A stretch of DNA of 24,769 nucleotides from the IMG/VR virus record IMGVR_UViG_3300017760_003812, positions 1-24,769 of that record; one strand, 5' to 3'. Origin of the DNA: a virus (Duplodnaviria; Caudoviricetes). The position numbers were made by a program, and so were the translations under genes. The notes beneath the pieces are model-generated. The model had not been told where the DNA came from. It saw only the letters and a list, made by a program, of their open reading frames with translations, and did no database searches. The stretch's first letter is position 1. Each line of letters starts with the position of its first letter. Below are positions 8,088 through 17,650 of this stretch, in pieces.

Positions 8088-9416
8088 ATGAAAAATACAT
8101 TTGTTATAAGTTGTCCAATTGATACTTACAGTGGATATGGAGCAAGATCAAGAGATTTAGTTAAATCAATAATAGAATTAGGTAAATATGATGTTAAAAT
8201 CCTACCTCAAAGATGGGGTAGTACTTCTTTTGGGTTTATTGATAATAATCCTGAATGGAAATTTTTACAAAAACATATTACATTACAAATGACATCTCAA
8301 CCTGATATTTGGGCACAAATCACTGTACCTAATGAATTCCAACCTATTGGGAAGTTTAATATAGGATTTACAGCAGGAATTGAAACAACATTATGTTCTG
8401 CTCCTTGGATTGAAGGTATGAATAAAATGAATTTAAATATTGTTTCATCTGAACATTCTAAACAAGTATTTTTAAATTCTAAATTTGATAAGTTAGATCA
8501 AAAGACAAACCAGAAAATAGGAGAAATTAAAATTGAAAAACCCATAGAAGTATTATTAGAGGGGGCTGATTTAGATACTTATAAACCTATTAAAAGTTCT
8601 GAATTTAAAGAATTAAATTTATTAAAGGATATTAATTCTATTCCTGAAGATTTTGCTTTTTTAGCTGTAGGGCATTGGATGCAAGGTAGTTTAGGTGAAG
8701 ATAGAAAAAATATGGGTGTTACTGTTAAATCTTTTTATGATACATTTAAAAATAAAAGGAAAAAACCAGCATTAATTTTAAAAACATCTTCAGTAAATTC
8801 TTCTTATATAGATAGAAGAGAAATAATGAGAAGAATTGATATAATACGTAGTAGTTGTGGTAAAAATTTACCTACTATTTATCTTTTACATGGTAATTTT
8901 ACTAACCAAGAAATGAATGAATTATATAACCATCCTAAAGTAAAAGCTATGGTTTCTCATACTAGAGGAGAAGGATTTGGTAGACCTTTATTAGAATTTT
9001 CTTTAGTAAATAAACCAATAATTTGTTCTGGATGGTCTGGCCAATTAGATTTTCTCAAAAACGATTTTACTTTATTACTTCAAGGAACATTAACTAATCT
9101 CCACCCATCAGCTCAACAAAAAGATATATTACTTGCTGAATCTCAATGGTTTCAACCTAATATAATGGAAATAAATAAATCATATAAGGAGATATATAAT
9201 AACTATAAATTTTGGTTAGAACAATCAAAAAGGCAAGGATACTATAGTAGAACTTATTTTGCTTTTGAAAATATGAAAGCTAAAATATCATCAATATTAG
9301 AAGACAATATTAATATTCCCGAACAAGTAAAGTTATCATTACCTAAACTAAAAAAGGTAGGAAATAATAAAAACTTATCACCAAAATTAAAATTACCTAA
9401 ATTAAAAAAAGTATAA
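8088..9416 (+). CDS. Glycosyltransferase, GT-B fold (GT4-like)
   Basis: SGYGARSRD, DRKNMG, ELYNHPKVKA, RGEGFGRPLLEF, WSGQLDF; duplicated LPKLKKV tail. Confidence 0.9.
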   Translation: MKNTFVISCPIDTYSGYGARSRDLVKSIIELGKYDVKILPQRWGSTSFGFIDNNPEWKFLQKHITLQMTSQPDIWAQITVPNEFQPIGKFNIGFTAGIETTLCSAPWIEGMNKMNLNIVSSEHSKQVFLNSKFDKLDQKTNQKIGEIKIEKPIEVLLEGADLDTYKPIKSSEFKELNLLKDINSIPEDFAFLAVGHWMQGSLGEDRKNMGVTVKSFYDTFKNKRKKPALILKTSSVNSSYIDRREIMRRIDIIRSSCGKNLPTIYLLHGNFTNQEMNELYNHPKVKAMVSHTRGEGFGRPLLEFSLVNKPIICSGWSGQLDFLKNDFTLLLQGTLTNLHPSAQQKDILLAESQWFQPNIMEINKSYKEIYNNYKFWLEQSKRQGYYSRTYFAFENMKAKISSILEDNINIPEQVKLSLPKLKKVGNNKNLSPKLKLPKLKKV

Positions 9417-9419
9417 AAT

Positions 9420-9887
9420 ATGCAGTATGATGAAATTATAGATTGCCCTAAAAGTGGGGGAGATTTATGTTATAAAATGGAGATTAATGAAGATATAACT
9501 AATTATTTTAGTTTATCGTGTGGTTTTTGGACTAATACTTTAATGACCCCGGGATCAGAATTTTATGAAGAACAATTTGCATCCCTCCCTGAATTATATA
9601 AAGATTTGGCTTGGACAGATCCAAAAACAGGACTAGTATGGATACCTAATACCATAAATGAACCAGAGTTAGGAATGGTATTTGTAAATGGTGGAACTAT
9701 TGACAATTGGACATGGACAGCTACAAAAGCTATTGAAGTTAAAGAAGAAGAAAAGTTAAAATTCCCAATCCCTGGCAAACCAGGTGAATATTATAAACAT
9801 AGAATGGATATGGAAAATTTAAAATCTTTTGATAGAGAACGTGGGTATATAGATGCTCTTTCGTATATTGGAATATTACCTGAATAA
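9420..9887 (+). CDS. Hypothetical protein within glycan cluster
   Basis: 155 aa ORF with Cys-containing N-terminus (CPKSGGDLC...SCGFWT). Confidence 0.8.
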   Translation: MQYDEIIDCPKSGGDLCYKMEINEDITNYFSLSCGFWTNTLMTPGSEFYEEQFASLPELYKDLAWTDPKTGLVWIPNTINEPELGMVFVNGGTIDNWTWTATKAIEVKEEEKLKFPIPGKPGEYYKHRMDMENLKSFDRERGYIDALSYIGILPE

Positions 9888-9895
9888 ATAAAAAA

Positions 9896-10525
9896 ATGAA
9901 AATAAGTTACGCAATAACAGTATGTAATGAACATAAAGAAATAGATAAATTATTAACGTTTTTATTCGAACATAAAAGACCAGAGGATCAAGTTGTGGTT
10001 CAAATGGATAAGGATAATGTTACTCAAGAAGTAATTAATGTATGTGAAAGATTTGAAGGTAAAAAAGCCAATGAATATAGTTTACTTCAATTTAGTCTTA
10101 ATAAGAACTTTGCATCATATAAAAATAATCTTAATAGAAGCTGTACTGGCGATTGGATATTTCAAATTGATGCTGATGAAATACCAAATGAATATTTAAT
10201 AGAGGCATTACCCTTTATATTAGAAGCAAATGAAGATACAGAAGCATTTTGGGTACCAAGAGTGAATACAGTTGCTGGTATAACAGATGCACATATTGCT
10301 AAATGGGGGTGGAGAGTAGATGATCAAGGATGGGTAAATTTTCCAGATTGGCAAATGAGAATATATCAAAATAATGAAGATATTTATTGGGTAAAGCCAG
10401 TTCATGAACAATTAAGGGGCTATACTAAATTTGCTAACTTACCAGCTGAAGAAAAATATGCTTTATATCACCCAAAAAATATTGGTAGACAAGAAAGGCA
10501 AAATGCGTTTTATGACACAATCTAA
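9896..10525 (+). CDS. Glycosyltransferase family 2 (GT-A)
   Basis: ISYAITVCNE, NFASYKN, DWIFQIDADE (DxD), W..PVHE; resembles LPS beta-1,4-glucosyltransferase-type GT2. Confidence 0.9.
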   Translation: MKISYAITVCNEHKEIDKLLTFLFEHKRPEDQVVVQMDKDNVTQEVINVCERFEGKKANEYSLLQFSLNKNFASYKNNLNRSCTGDWIFQIDADEIPNEYLIEALPFILEANEDTEAFWVPRVNTVAGITDAHIAKWGWRVDDQGWVNFPDWQMRIYQNNEDIYWVKPVHEQLRGYTKFANLPAEEKYALYHPKNIGRQERQNAFYDTI

Positions 10526-11273
10526 TAAGTTTTTAATTATAATGCCGTGTTATAATGTAGAAAAGTGGGTAAAATTAAATCTACTAACTACTATACATCA
10601 ATCTTATAAAAATTTTAGATGTATTATTATAGATGATGGGTCTACTGATAACACTCAAAATATTATAGAATCAACTATTAAAGGAGATGATAGATTTGAA
10701 TATATTAGAAATTCAAAAAGAACAGGTAGTTCTTTAAAAAATTATTATAACGCTTTTCATAAATCAAAACCAGACCCAAATGAAATAGTGGTATGGTTAG
10801 ATGGAGATGATTGGTTTTCTTCAGTATTTGTTTTACAATATTTAGACCAATTTTATAACAGTACTAACTGTTGGATGACATATGGGACTTATCAAATGTT
10901 TCCCACAGGGCAAGATGGATCACACCATTGTATAGAGATACCAAATGAAATTCACCAAAATAGAGCATACAGAAATTGGATGCATGTTTATTCTCATTTA
11001 AGAACACATAGAGCGTTTTTATTTTATAATTTTAAAGAATCAGATTTAATAGATTCTAGGTCTAATAAATTCTATACTGAAGCTACAGATTGTGCTTATT
11101 TATTTTCATTAGCTGAAATGTGTAGTTCTTCTGAAAAAATTAAATTAATAGATGATATTTTATTAGTTTTAAATAGATCTAACCCAAACCAAGCAGCAGG
11201 AAATTTAGAAAAACAAAAATCAACTGAAGCGCATATAAGAACTCTTCCAAAATTTGATAAATATGAAATTTAA
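10512..11273 (+). CDS. Glycosyltransferase family 2 (GT-A)
   Basis: IIMPCYNVEKW, IIIDDGSTDNT, WLDGDDW; start moved to the ATG at 10512. Confidence 0.9.
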   Translation: MTQSNKFLIIMPCYNVEKWVKLNLLTTIHQSYKNFRCIIIDDGSTDNTQNIIESTIKGDDRFEYIRNSKRTGSSLKNYYNAFHKSKPDPNEIVVWLDGDDWFSSVFVLQYLDQFYNSTNCWMTYGTYQMFPTGQDGSHHCIEIPNEIHQNRAYRNWMHVYSHLRTHRAFLFYNFKESDLIDSRSNKFYTEATDCAYLFSLAEMCSSSEKIKLIDDILLVLNRSNPNQAAGNLEKQKSTEAHIRTLPKFDKYEI

Positions 11274-13551
11274 TATAGTTACATATATAAAACCATCTGA
11301 TACTCCTGGTGATTTTAGTATGTTTGCAACTTCACTTATTAATGTACAAAAATCTCAATATTTAAATAAATTAATTATATCTTTCGTAGATGATTTATCT
11401 GATAATTTTAAAAAAGAATTAGATAAATATAAAAATATTATTTGGAAAGATAATGTAGACGAATATTGGGCCCAAGAGATAAAAACATTGATAAATCAAA
11501 ACCCTTCAGATTATTATTATATTTGGGAAGAAGATTCACATATTTTTGATATTAAAGAATTTGATAATTCTTTTAAATCTATGGTTGAGAATAGTGTAGA
11601 ATGTTTAATAACTCAAGATCTTAAGTGGATTAAAAGAGCTGAACATTTACTAAATAATGAGTTTGCAATTGATAGAGGTAATCATTTAATTTTTAATTGG
11701 GGAACATATTATGCTAAGTATTGTAGAGAAAGTTCAAATGATAGTTTAGTAAATGGAGCATATCCTGTGACTGTATCTAGTATTTTTACTAAAAAATTAT
11801 TATTATCTTTATTAGATAATTTTATGTCTTCTACACATTGGGTAGAAATTACTAAAGGAAATTTTTCTCATTACCATAATAATCCTAAAATTCCTCATAG
11901 TTTTGAAGTTTACCCTGGATTTTGGTGGGAAGGAGGACCAAATAGGGGTTGTGGGGAAGTTGAGTATATTACTATGGTATCAAAAACTCAATTTGCTGAG
12001 GAATTAGGAGAAAGATTAATAGATAAATTAAGAAAAGATACTATTAACATTGTTGGTTATGATGATTGGTACACAGAGAAACCTTGGTGTAGAGAAGAAA
12101 TTAATAATAAGGAATTTAAAATAACTTATAATCAAAACTCTACAGATTTAACTTATTTTATAAAAGATGGAATATATAAGGCAAAAGAAATAACAAATCC
12201 AAAAACTAAAGTAGCCCTACTAACAGAATGTAGAATAATGGATCCTGTAAGATATAAATTTGTTGAAGATAACCATAATTTATTTGATTATATTGTAACA
12301 TATGATGATCAATTAATTAGTAAATTTAAAGAAAAAGTTATAATAACTCCTTATGGGGGAACATGGGTATGGCCTAAAGAAGTTCAAAAAGTTTTATCAA
12401 AATCTAAAATTTGCTCCTACATAACTTCTAATAAAACTTATACAGTAGATCAAAAAATGAGAATTAGTTTACTTAATTATTATCAAAATAACCCACACAA
12501 TAATATTGAACTATTTGGTAGAGGACACAATCCACTCCCAGAAAACCATGAAGCAGGGGATTATGATGGTAAAGTAATTGCTTTAAAAGATTATGCATTT
12601 TCTTTAGTGATAGAAAACCATGTACAAGATAATTATTTTTCAGAAAAACTATTAGACTGTCTTTTAACTGGAACTATTCCTATATATCATGGTTGTAAAA
12701 AGATATCAGAATATTTTAACATGGATGGATTTATTTTATTTGATACTGAAGAAGAAGTTAAAAATATAATTAAAAATCTAAGTATAGAAAAATATAATAA
12801 AAAAATAAATGCAGTAAAAGAAAATTATAAAATTGCTAAAAAATATAGAGATTCTGTACAGTTTTCATTTAATAAAATCAAGAAAAAAATAGAAAATAAT
12901 TCCACAGAAATAGTTAATCTTAGTAGCTCAGACCCAAAAACAACAGTTGATGGTTATATACAAGATTATTGGTTAAACCAATTTTTTACTAAAGGTGGAG
13001 ATCATTCTCATTTATATACTTTTGATTTAAATGAAGATTCTATTGTTTTTGATGTTGGAGCTTTTGAAGGAGAATATTTTACTAAAATATATGATAAATA
13101 TAAATGTAATATACATGCTTTTGAACCTGTAACTTCTTTTGTTGAAAAATATAAAAATACAACAAACCCTAAAATTATAGTTAATGGTTTTGCATTAGGT
13201 GATTCTACTGAAGATTTTGAAATTGTTGTAGATGATAATTCTTCATCTCAGTTTATAAAGGGTGATAATACAATAAAATGTAAAAAAGTTAAATTTAGAG
13301 AATATATAAATTCCCAAAAATTAAAAAATATAGACTTAATAAAATTAAATATTGAAGGAGCTGAATATGAATTACTGGAAGAAATTATCGACTCAGAATT
13401 TCAAGATAAAATTGATGGGTTTTTAATTCAATTCCATTATTTATCTCATACCCCTATTAAAAGAAGAGAAAAAATTATTAATAAATTAAAAGAAACACAT
13501 GAACCTGTGTTTTATTATCCTTTTGTATGGGAATACTGGAAGAAAAAATAA
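11263..13551 (+). CDS. Three-domain fusion: GT-A-like + GT10 fucosyltransferase-like + FkbM methyltransferase
   Basis: N-terminal YYYIWEED; central YAFSLVIEN...NYFSEKLLDCLLTGTIPIYHG (GT10 signature, ~12589-12693); C-terminal VFDVGAFEG, HAFEP, IDLIKLNIEGAEY (FkbM). Confidence 0.82.
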   Translation: MKFNIVTYIKPSDTPGDFSMFATSLINVQKSQYLNKLIISFVDDLSDNFKKELDKYKNIIWKDNVDEYWAQEIKTLINQNPSDYYYIWEEDSHIFDIKEFDNSFKSMVENSVECLITQDLKWIKRAEHLLNNEFAIDRGNHLIFNWGTYYAKYCRESSNDSLVNGAYPVTVSSIFTKKLLLSLLDNFMSSTHWVEITKGNFSHYHNNPKIPHSFEVYPGFWWEGGPNRGCGEVEYITMVSKTQFAEELGERLIDKLRKDTINIVGYDDWYTEKPWCREEINNKEFKITYNQNSTDLTYFIKDGIYKAKEITNPKTKVALLTECRIMDPVRYKFVEDNHNLFDYIVTYDDQLISKFKEKVIITPYGGTWVWPKEVQKVLSKSKICSYITSNKTYTVDQKMRISLLNYYQNNPHNNIELFGRGHNPLPENHEAGDYDGKVIALKDYAFSLVIENHVQDNYFSEKLLDCLLTGTIPIYHGCKKISEYFNMDGFILFDTEEEVKNIIKNLSIEKYNKKINAVKENYKIAKKYRDSVQFSFNKIKKKIENNSTEIVNLSSSDPKTTVDGYIQDYWLNQFFTKGGDHSHLYTFDLNEDSIVFDVGAFEGEYFTKIYDKYKCNIHAFEPVTSFVEKYKNTTNPKIIVNGFALGDSTEDFEIVVDDNSSSQFIKGDNTIKCKKVKFREYINSQKLKNIDLIKLNIEGAEYELLEEIIDSEFQDKIDGFLIQFHYLSHTPIKRREKIINKLKETHEPVFYYPFVWEYWKKK

Positions 13552-13553
13552 TT

Positions 13554-14171
13554 ATGGCTTATAAAATATTTAATAATAATAAAAAATATGTTTATGTTCA
13601 TATTCCTAAAACAGGGGGAACAACTATAGAACATATATTTGGTTTAGGAAAAGTAGCAATGGGAAAAATAGTAGGACATATAACATTAAAAGATATAAAA
13701 AATTTAATGGATGATTATGAAAAATATATATCATTTACTACAGTAAGAAATCCTTGGAGTTGGTATGTATCTTGGTATTTTTATCTACAACAGAGAGGAG
13801 GAAGAGACCCTGATTTCATACCAGAATTTGAAAATATTGAAAAAAAAGGTAATACCTTTAATGATTTTATAAGATTTATATATGATAATAGAGATACTCT
13901 ATCATTTGATAAGGGAGATAATAAAATTTTAAAATACCAACAAATGTTAGAATGGGGGTATGACGGTAAAAAATATGTAGACCATTTTATAAAAATCGAA
14001 GAACTATCAGAGGAAAAATTAAGGGAAATTGGTTTATATGTAAAGTATACTCATATGAAAAAAAACCAATCCAAACATGACCATTATTCTACTTATTATA
14101 CTGATGAAGCAAGAGAAAGGGTAAGAAACATGCATAAAGATGATATTAAATATTTTAATTATGAATTTTAA
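13554..14171 (+). CDS. Sulfotransferase (Sulfotransfer_2 family)
   Basis: 5'-PSB motif YVHIPKTGGTTI, 3'-PB motif TVRNPWSWYVSWY, C-terminal DIKYFNYEF; start at ATG 13554. Confidence 0.88.
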   Translation: MAYKIFNNNKKYVYVHIPKTGGTTIEHIFGLGKVAMGKIVGHITLKDIKNLMDDYEKYISFTTVRNPWSWYVSWYFYLQQRGGRDPDFIPEFENIEKKGNTFNDFIRFIYDNRDTLSFDKGDNKILKYQQMLEWGYDGKKYVDHFIKIEELSEEKLREIGLYVKYTHMKKNQSKHDHYSTYYTDEARERVRNMHKDDIKYFNYEF

Positions 14172-14197
14172 TACTATTCACCAACACTATACTAAAA

Positions 14198-14617
14198 ATG
14201 AAAAAAATATACTCAAAGGTACAAGAAAATAAATTATTACATATAATAAATAGACTGTCAGATATTGAAGGAAGAAAAGATATAGTTTCTGAAGAAAATT
14301 TTATTCAATGTGCTACTTTAAAAATGGAAAAAGGAAAAACATTTCCACCACATAAACATATAACTAAAGATAGACATTATCCTGAACAAATTGCTCAAGA
14401 ATCTTGGGTAGTAATTAAAGGAAAAGTAAAGTGTAAATTTTATGATTTAGATGATACAATAATTGCAGAACCTATTTTAGAAGCTGGTGATGCAAGTTTT
14501 ACTTTATATGGTGGTCATACTTATGAAATTTTAGAAGATGACACTATAGTATATGAGTATAAAACTGGACCTTATGAAGGTCAAAAACTAGACAAAGAAT
14601 TTTTAAATAATAATTAA
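14198..14617 (+). CDS. Cupin-fold protein (possible nucleotide-sugar isomerase/epimerase)
   Basis: PPHKH...QESWVVIKGKV and L.AGD.....GGHTYEILED metal-binding cupin motifs. Confidence 0.75.
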   Translation: MKKIYSKVQENKLLHIINRLSDIEGRKDIVSEENFIQCATLKMEKGKTFPPHKHITKDRHYPEQIAQESWVVIKGKVKCKFYDLDDTIIAEPILEAGDASFTLYGGHTYEILEDDTIVYEYKTGPYEGQKLDKEFLNNN

Positions 14618-14619
14618 TT

Positions 14620-15159
14620 ATGGTAAAAATAAATTTAGGATGTGGTTGGAGAGATTTTGGTAAAGATTGGATCCACATAGATGGTGGAGATTATGATCAT
14701 TTAGATTCTCGTGATATTGTTAATCTACCTTTTAAAGATAATTCCGTTGACTTAATATATGCAAGTCATGTTATTGAATATTTTGATAGGGTAGAAATTA
14801 TTGAGGTTTTAAATAAATGGAAATCAAAGTTAAAATCTGGGGGTACGTTAAGATTAGCTGTACCCGATTTTGAAGCTATGGCAAAACTATACATAGAAAA
14901 AAATATACCTTTAAATAATTTTTTAGGACCCCTTTATGGAAAAATGAAAATGGGAAAAGATTTTATATTTCATAAAACTACTTATGATTTTGATAGTTTA
15001 AAAGAATTATTAAATGAGGTTGGATTTCGTAACATGGATTATTATCTTTGGCAAGAAACTGAGCATGGTATTTTTGATGACCATTCTCAAGCTTACATCC
15101 CACATATGGATAAAGAAAATGGTACTTTAATTAGTCTAAATATAGAAGTTAAAAAATGA
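14620..15159 (+). CDS. Class I SAM-dependent methyltransferase
   Basis: INLGCG, LPFKDNSVDLIYASHVIEY, LKSGGTLRLAVPD. Confidence 0.9.
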   Translation: MVKINLGCGWRDFGKDWIHIDGGDYDHLDSRDIVNLPFKDNSVDLIYASHVIEYFDRVEIIEVLNKWKSKLKSGGTLRLAVPDFEAMAKLYIEKNIPLNNFLGPLYGKMKMGKDFIFHKTTYDFDSLKELLNEVGFRNMDYYLWQETEHGIFDDHSQAYIPHMDKENGTLISLNIEVKK

Positions 15160-15779
15160 GTTTTGAAAGTATAAAAACATTTGAAAATAAAATAGCAAAG
15201 TTTTTTGGTGCCCCTTACGCTGTTGCAGTTGATTGTTGCACACATGGTATTGAATTATGTTTAAGACATGAACATGTAAGCTCAATTAAAGTCCCTAAAA
15301 GAACTTATATATCAATACCATTTTTAGCAGCAAAGTTAAATATGTTTTTAGAATTTAAAGATGAAAATTGGAAAGATTATTATTATTTAACTGATAATAT
15401 AATTGATGCAGCTGTATTATGGGAAAAAAATAGTTATATCCCTGGTACCTTTATGTGTGTAAGTTTTCAATTCAGAAAACATTTGGCTTTAGGTAGAGGG
15501 GGTATTATATTAACAGATAATAAACAAACAGCAATTAAATTAAAAAAAATGTCATATGATGGTAGACATCCCGACATACCTTGGAGAGAACAAAATATAG
15601 ATACTATGGGTTACCACTATTATATGACTCCAGAAACTGCTGAATTAGGTTTAAAAAAACTACCAGATGCAATTAAAACTAAACCAATACAATGGACAAT
15701 AAATGATTGGCCAGATGTATCTCAAATGAAAATATTTAATAATATAGAAGGAGTAGATCCTTACTTACAAACAAAATAA
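15156..15779 (+). CDS. DegT/DnrJ/EryC1/StrS-family PLP sugar aminotransferase (short form)
   Basis: FENKIAKFFGAPYAVAVDCCTHGIEL, IIDAA, SFQFRKHL..GRGGIILTD (PLP lysine), GYHYYMT; only 207 aa. Confidence 0.85.
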   Translation: MSFESIKTFENKIAKFFGAPYAVAVDCCTHGIELCLRHEHVSSIKVPKRTYISIPFLAAKLNMFLEFKDENWKDYYYLTDNIIDAAVLWEKNSYIPGTFMCVSFQFRKHLALGRGGIILTDNKQTAIKLKKMSYDGRHPDIPWREQNIDTMGYHYYMTPETAELGLKKLPDAIKTKPIQWTINDWPDVSQMKIFNNIEGVDPYLQTK

Positions 15780-15782
15780 AAC

Positions 15783-16760
15783 ATGAAAAAAGCATTTATT
15801 ACAGGAATAGGAGGACAAGATGGAAGTTATTTAGCAGAATATTTAGTTGAATTAGGGTATGAAGTTCATGGTATTGTTAGAAGAAATTCAACACCAGAAA
15901 ATCAAGATCTTAGACTGGCTAACATAGAAGATAAAGTTTCAACATATTATGGAGATTTATTAGATCAAGGAGGATTAGAAAGATTATTAGATGATATACA
16001 ACCTGATGAAATTTATAATATAGCAGCACAATCTCACGTAAGAATTAGTTTTGATATACCCCAATTTACAGTTCAAACAAATGCATTAGGAGTTCTCAAT
16101 ATGTTAGAGGCATATAGACGTTCATGTCCTAAAGCTAAATTTTATCAAGCAAGTAGTTCTGAAATGTTTGGTTTATCAGTTGATGATGATAATTTCCAGA
16201 GAGAAACTACAGTAATGAATCCAGTATCTCCTTATGGGTGTTCTAAAGTATTTGGTTATAATATTGTAAGAAATTATAGACGTGCTTATGGGTTACATGC
16301 TACAAATGGTATATTATTTAATCATGAATCTCCTAGAAGAGGATCTAATTTTGTAACTAATAAAGTTGCTAAAGCAGCTGCTAGAATTAAGCTTGGATTA
16401 CAAGATAAATTAGAATTGGGTAATGTAGATTCTTACAGAGATTGGGGCCATTCGTATGATTATGTAAGAGCAATGCATTTAATGATGCAACATGATAAAC
16501 CCGGTGATTGGGTAGTATCTACTATGGAAACCCATTCAGTAAGAGAAATGTGTGATGTAGTATTTAGCCATTTAGGTTTAGATTATAAAGACTATATTGA
16601 GCAAAATCCAAAGTTTATGAGACCTGAAGAATTACCATATTTAAAAGGTGATTCTACTAAAATTAGAACAGAATTAGGTTGGAAACCAACTTATACATTT
16701 GAATCAATGATGGAAGAAATGACCGACCATTGGTTAGAGTATTTTAAAAAAACACTATGA
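15783..16760 (+). CDS. gmd: GDP-mannose 4,6-dehydratase
   Basis: AFITGIGGQDGSYLAE, YNIAAQSHVRISF, QASSSEMFG, SPYGCSK, ILFNHESPRRG, RDWGH. Confidence 0.96.
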   Translation: MKKAFITGIGGQDGSYLAEYLVELGYEVHGIVRRNSTPENQDLRLANIEDKVSTYYGDLLDQGGLERLLDDIQPDEIYNIAAQSHVRISFDIPQFTVQTNALGVLNMLEAYRRSCPKAKFYQASSSEMFGLSVDDDNFQRETTVMNPVSPYGCSKVFGYNIVRNYRRAYGLHATNGILFNHESPRRGSNFVTNKVAKAAARIKLGLQDKLELGNVDSYRDWGHSYDYVRAMHLMMQHDKPGDWVVSTMETHSVREMCDVVFSHLGLDYKDYIEQNPKFMRPEELPYLKGDSTKIRTELGWKPTYTFESMMEEMTDHWLEYFKKTL

Positions 16761-17650
16761 GAATAGCATTTTTTACTGAAGGAGGATATCAGGGTAAAAT
16801 TTCTAGAGATAATCCTAATATGCGTACAGATTTAGCTTGGATTTGCTCCTTAAAAGCTGATCATTGGAATATAAATTCATTACCTAACCAACAATATGAT
16901 TTAGGAATTATTATTATACCTAAAAAGAATCCACAATTTGATTTAAATAGATTAAAACAATATTGTAGTAAAATAGCTGTAATGCAAGAAGGCCCTAATT
17001 GGTATTGGCAAGATTATTCTCTTCCCCAACAAATTTGGTATTTTAATACTATACAGGAAGCAGATTTTATGTTTGTTCATAATAAATCCGATCAAAAATA
17101 TTATGAAGGTTTAACAGGTAAAGAATGTAAAATTTTATCTAGTTTAATGATTGAAGATTCAATTAATGTTTTACCCCAAATAGAGAGAAAAGATATTATT
17201 ATAGGAGGTAATTTTTGTAGTTGGTATGGAGGATTTGATTCATATATTGTAGCACAAGAAGCAGATTGCCCTATTTATATTCCTAGTATGGGGAGAAAAA
17301 TTGAAGGTGAAGAACAAATGGAAAATATAAATCATTTACCTTATATGAATTGGGTAGAATGGATTAAAACACTTAATAGTTTTAAATATGGTGTTCATTT
17401 AATGCGTACACATGCTGCAGGTACATTTGCTTTAAACTGTGCTTATTTAGGTATTCCTTGTATTGGATATGAAGGATTAGACACACAGGAAGTATGTCAT
17501 CCCTATTTAACAGTTAAATTAGGAGATTTATCTACAGCAAAAGAAAAACTTACACAACTTAAAGAAGACAAACAATGGTATGATAAATGTTCTCAAACAG
17601 CAAAAGAACAGTATCAAAAACATTATCACGAATCAAAATTCAAAATATGA
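16757..17650 (+). CDS. Putative GT-B-like glycosyltransferase
   Basis: MRIAFFTE N-terminal strand and HAAGTFALNCAYLGIPCIG (like the GT4 'EA.A.G.PVI' region); cluster context; translationally coupled on both sides. Confidence 0.5.
   Translation: MRIAFFTEGGYQGKISRDNPNMRTDLAWICSLKADHWNINSLPNQQYDLGIIIIPKKNPQFDLNRLKQYCSKIAVMQEGPNWYWQDYSLPQQIWYFNTIQEADFMFVHNKSDQKYYEGLTGKECKILSSLMIEDSINVLPQIERKDIIIGGNFCSWYGGFDSYIVAQEADCPIYIPSMGRKIEGEEQMENINHLPYMNWVEWIKTLNSFKYGVHLMRTHAAGTFALNCAYLGIPCIGYEGLDTQEVCHPYLTVKLGDLSTAKEKLTQLKEDKQWYDKCSQTAKEQYQKHYHESKFKI

Noticed and set aside
10431-17646. Longest-ORF starts at 10431, 11254, 13527 and 17587
   Set aside because: They overlap upstream genes more than needed; domain N-termini and coupling favour 10512, 11263, 13554 and 17647.
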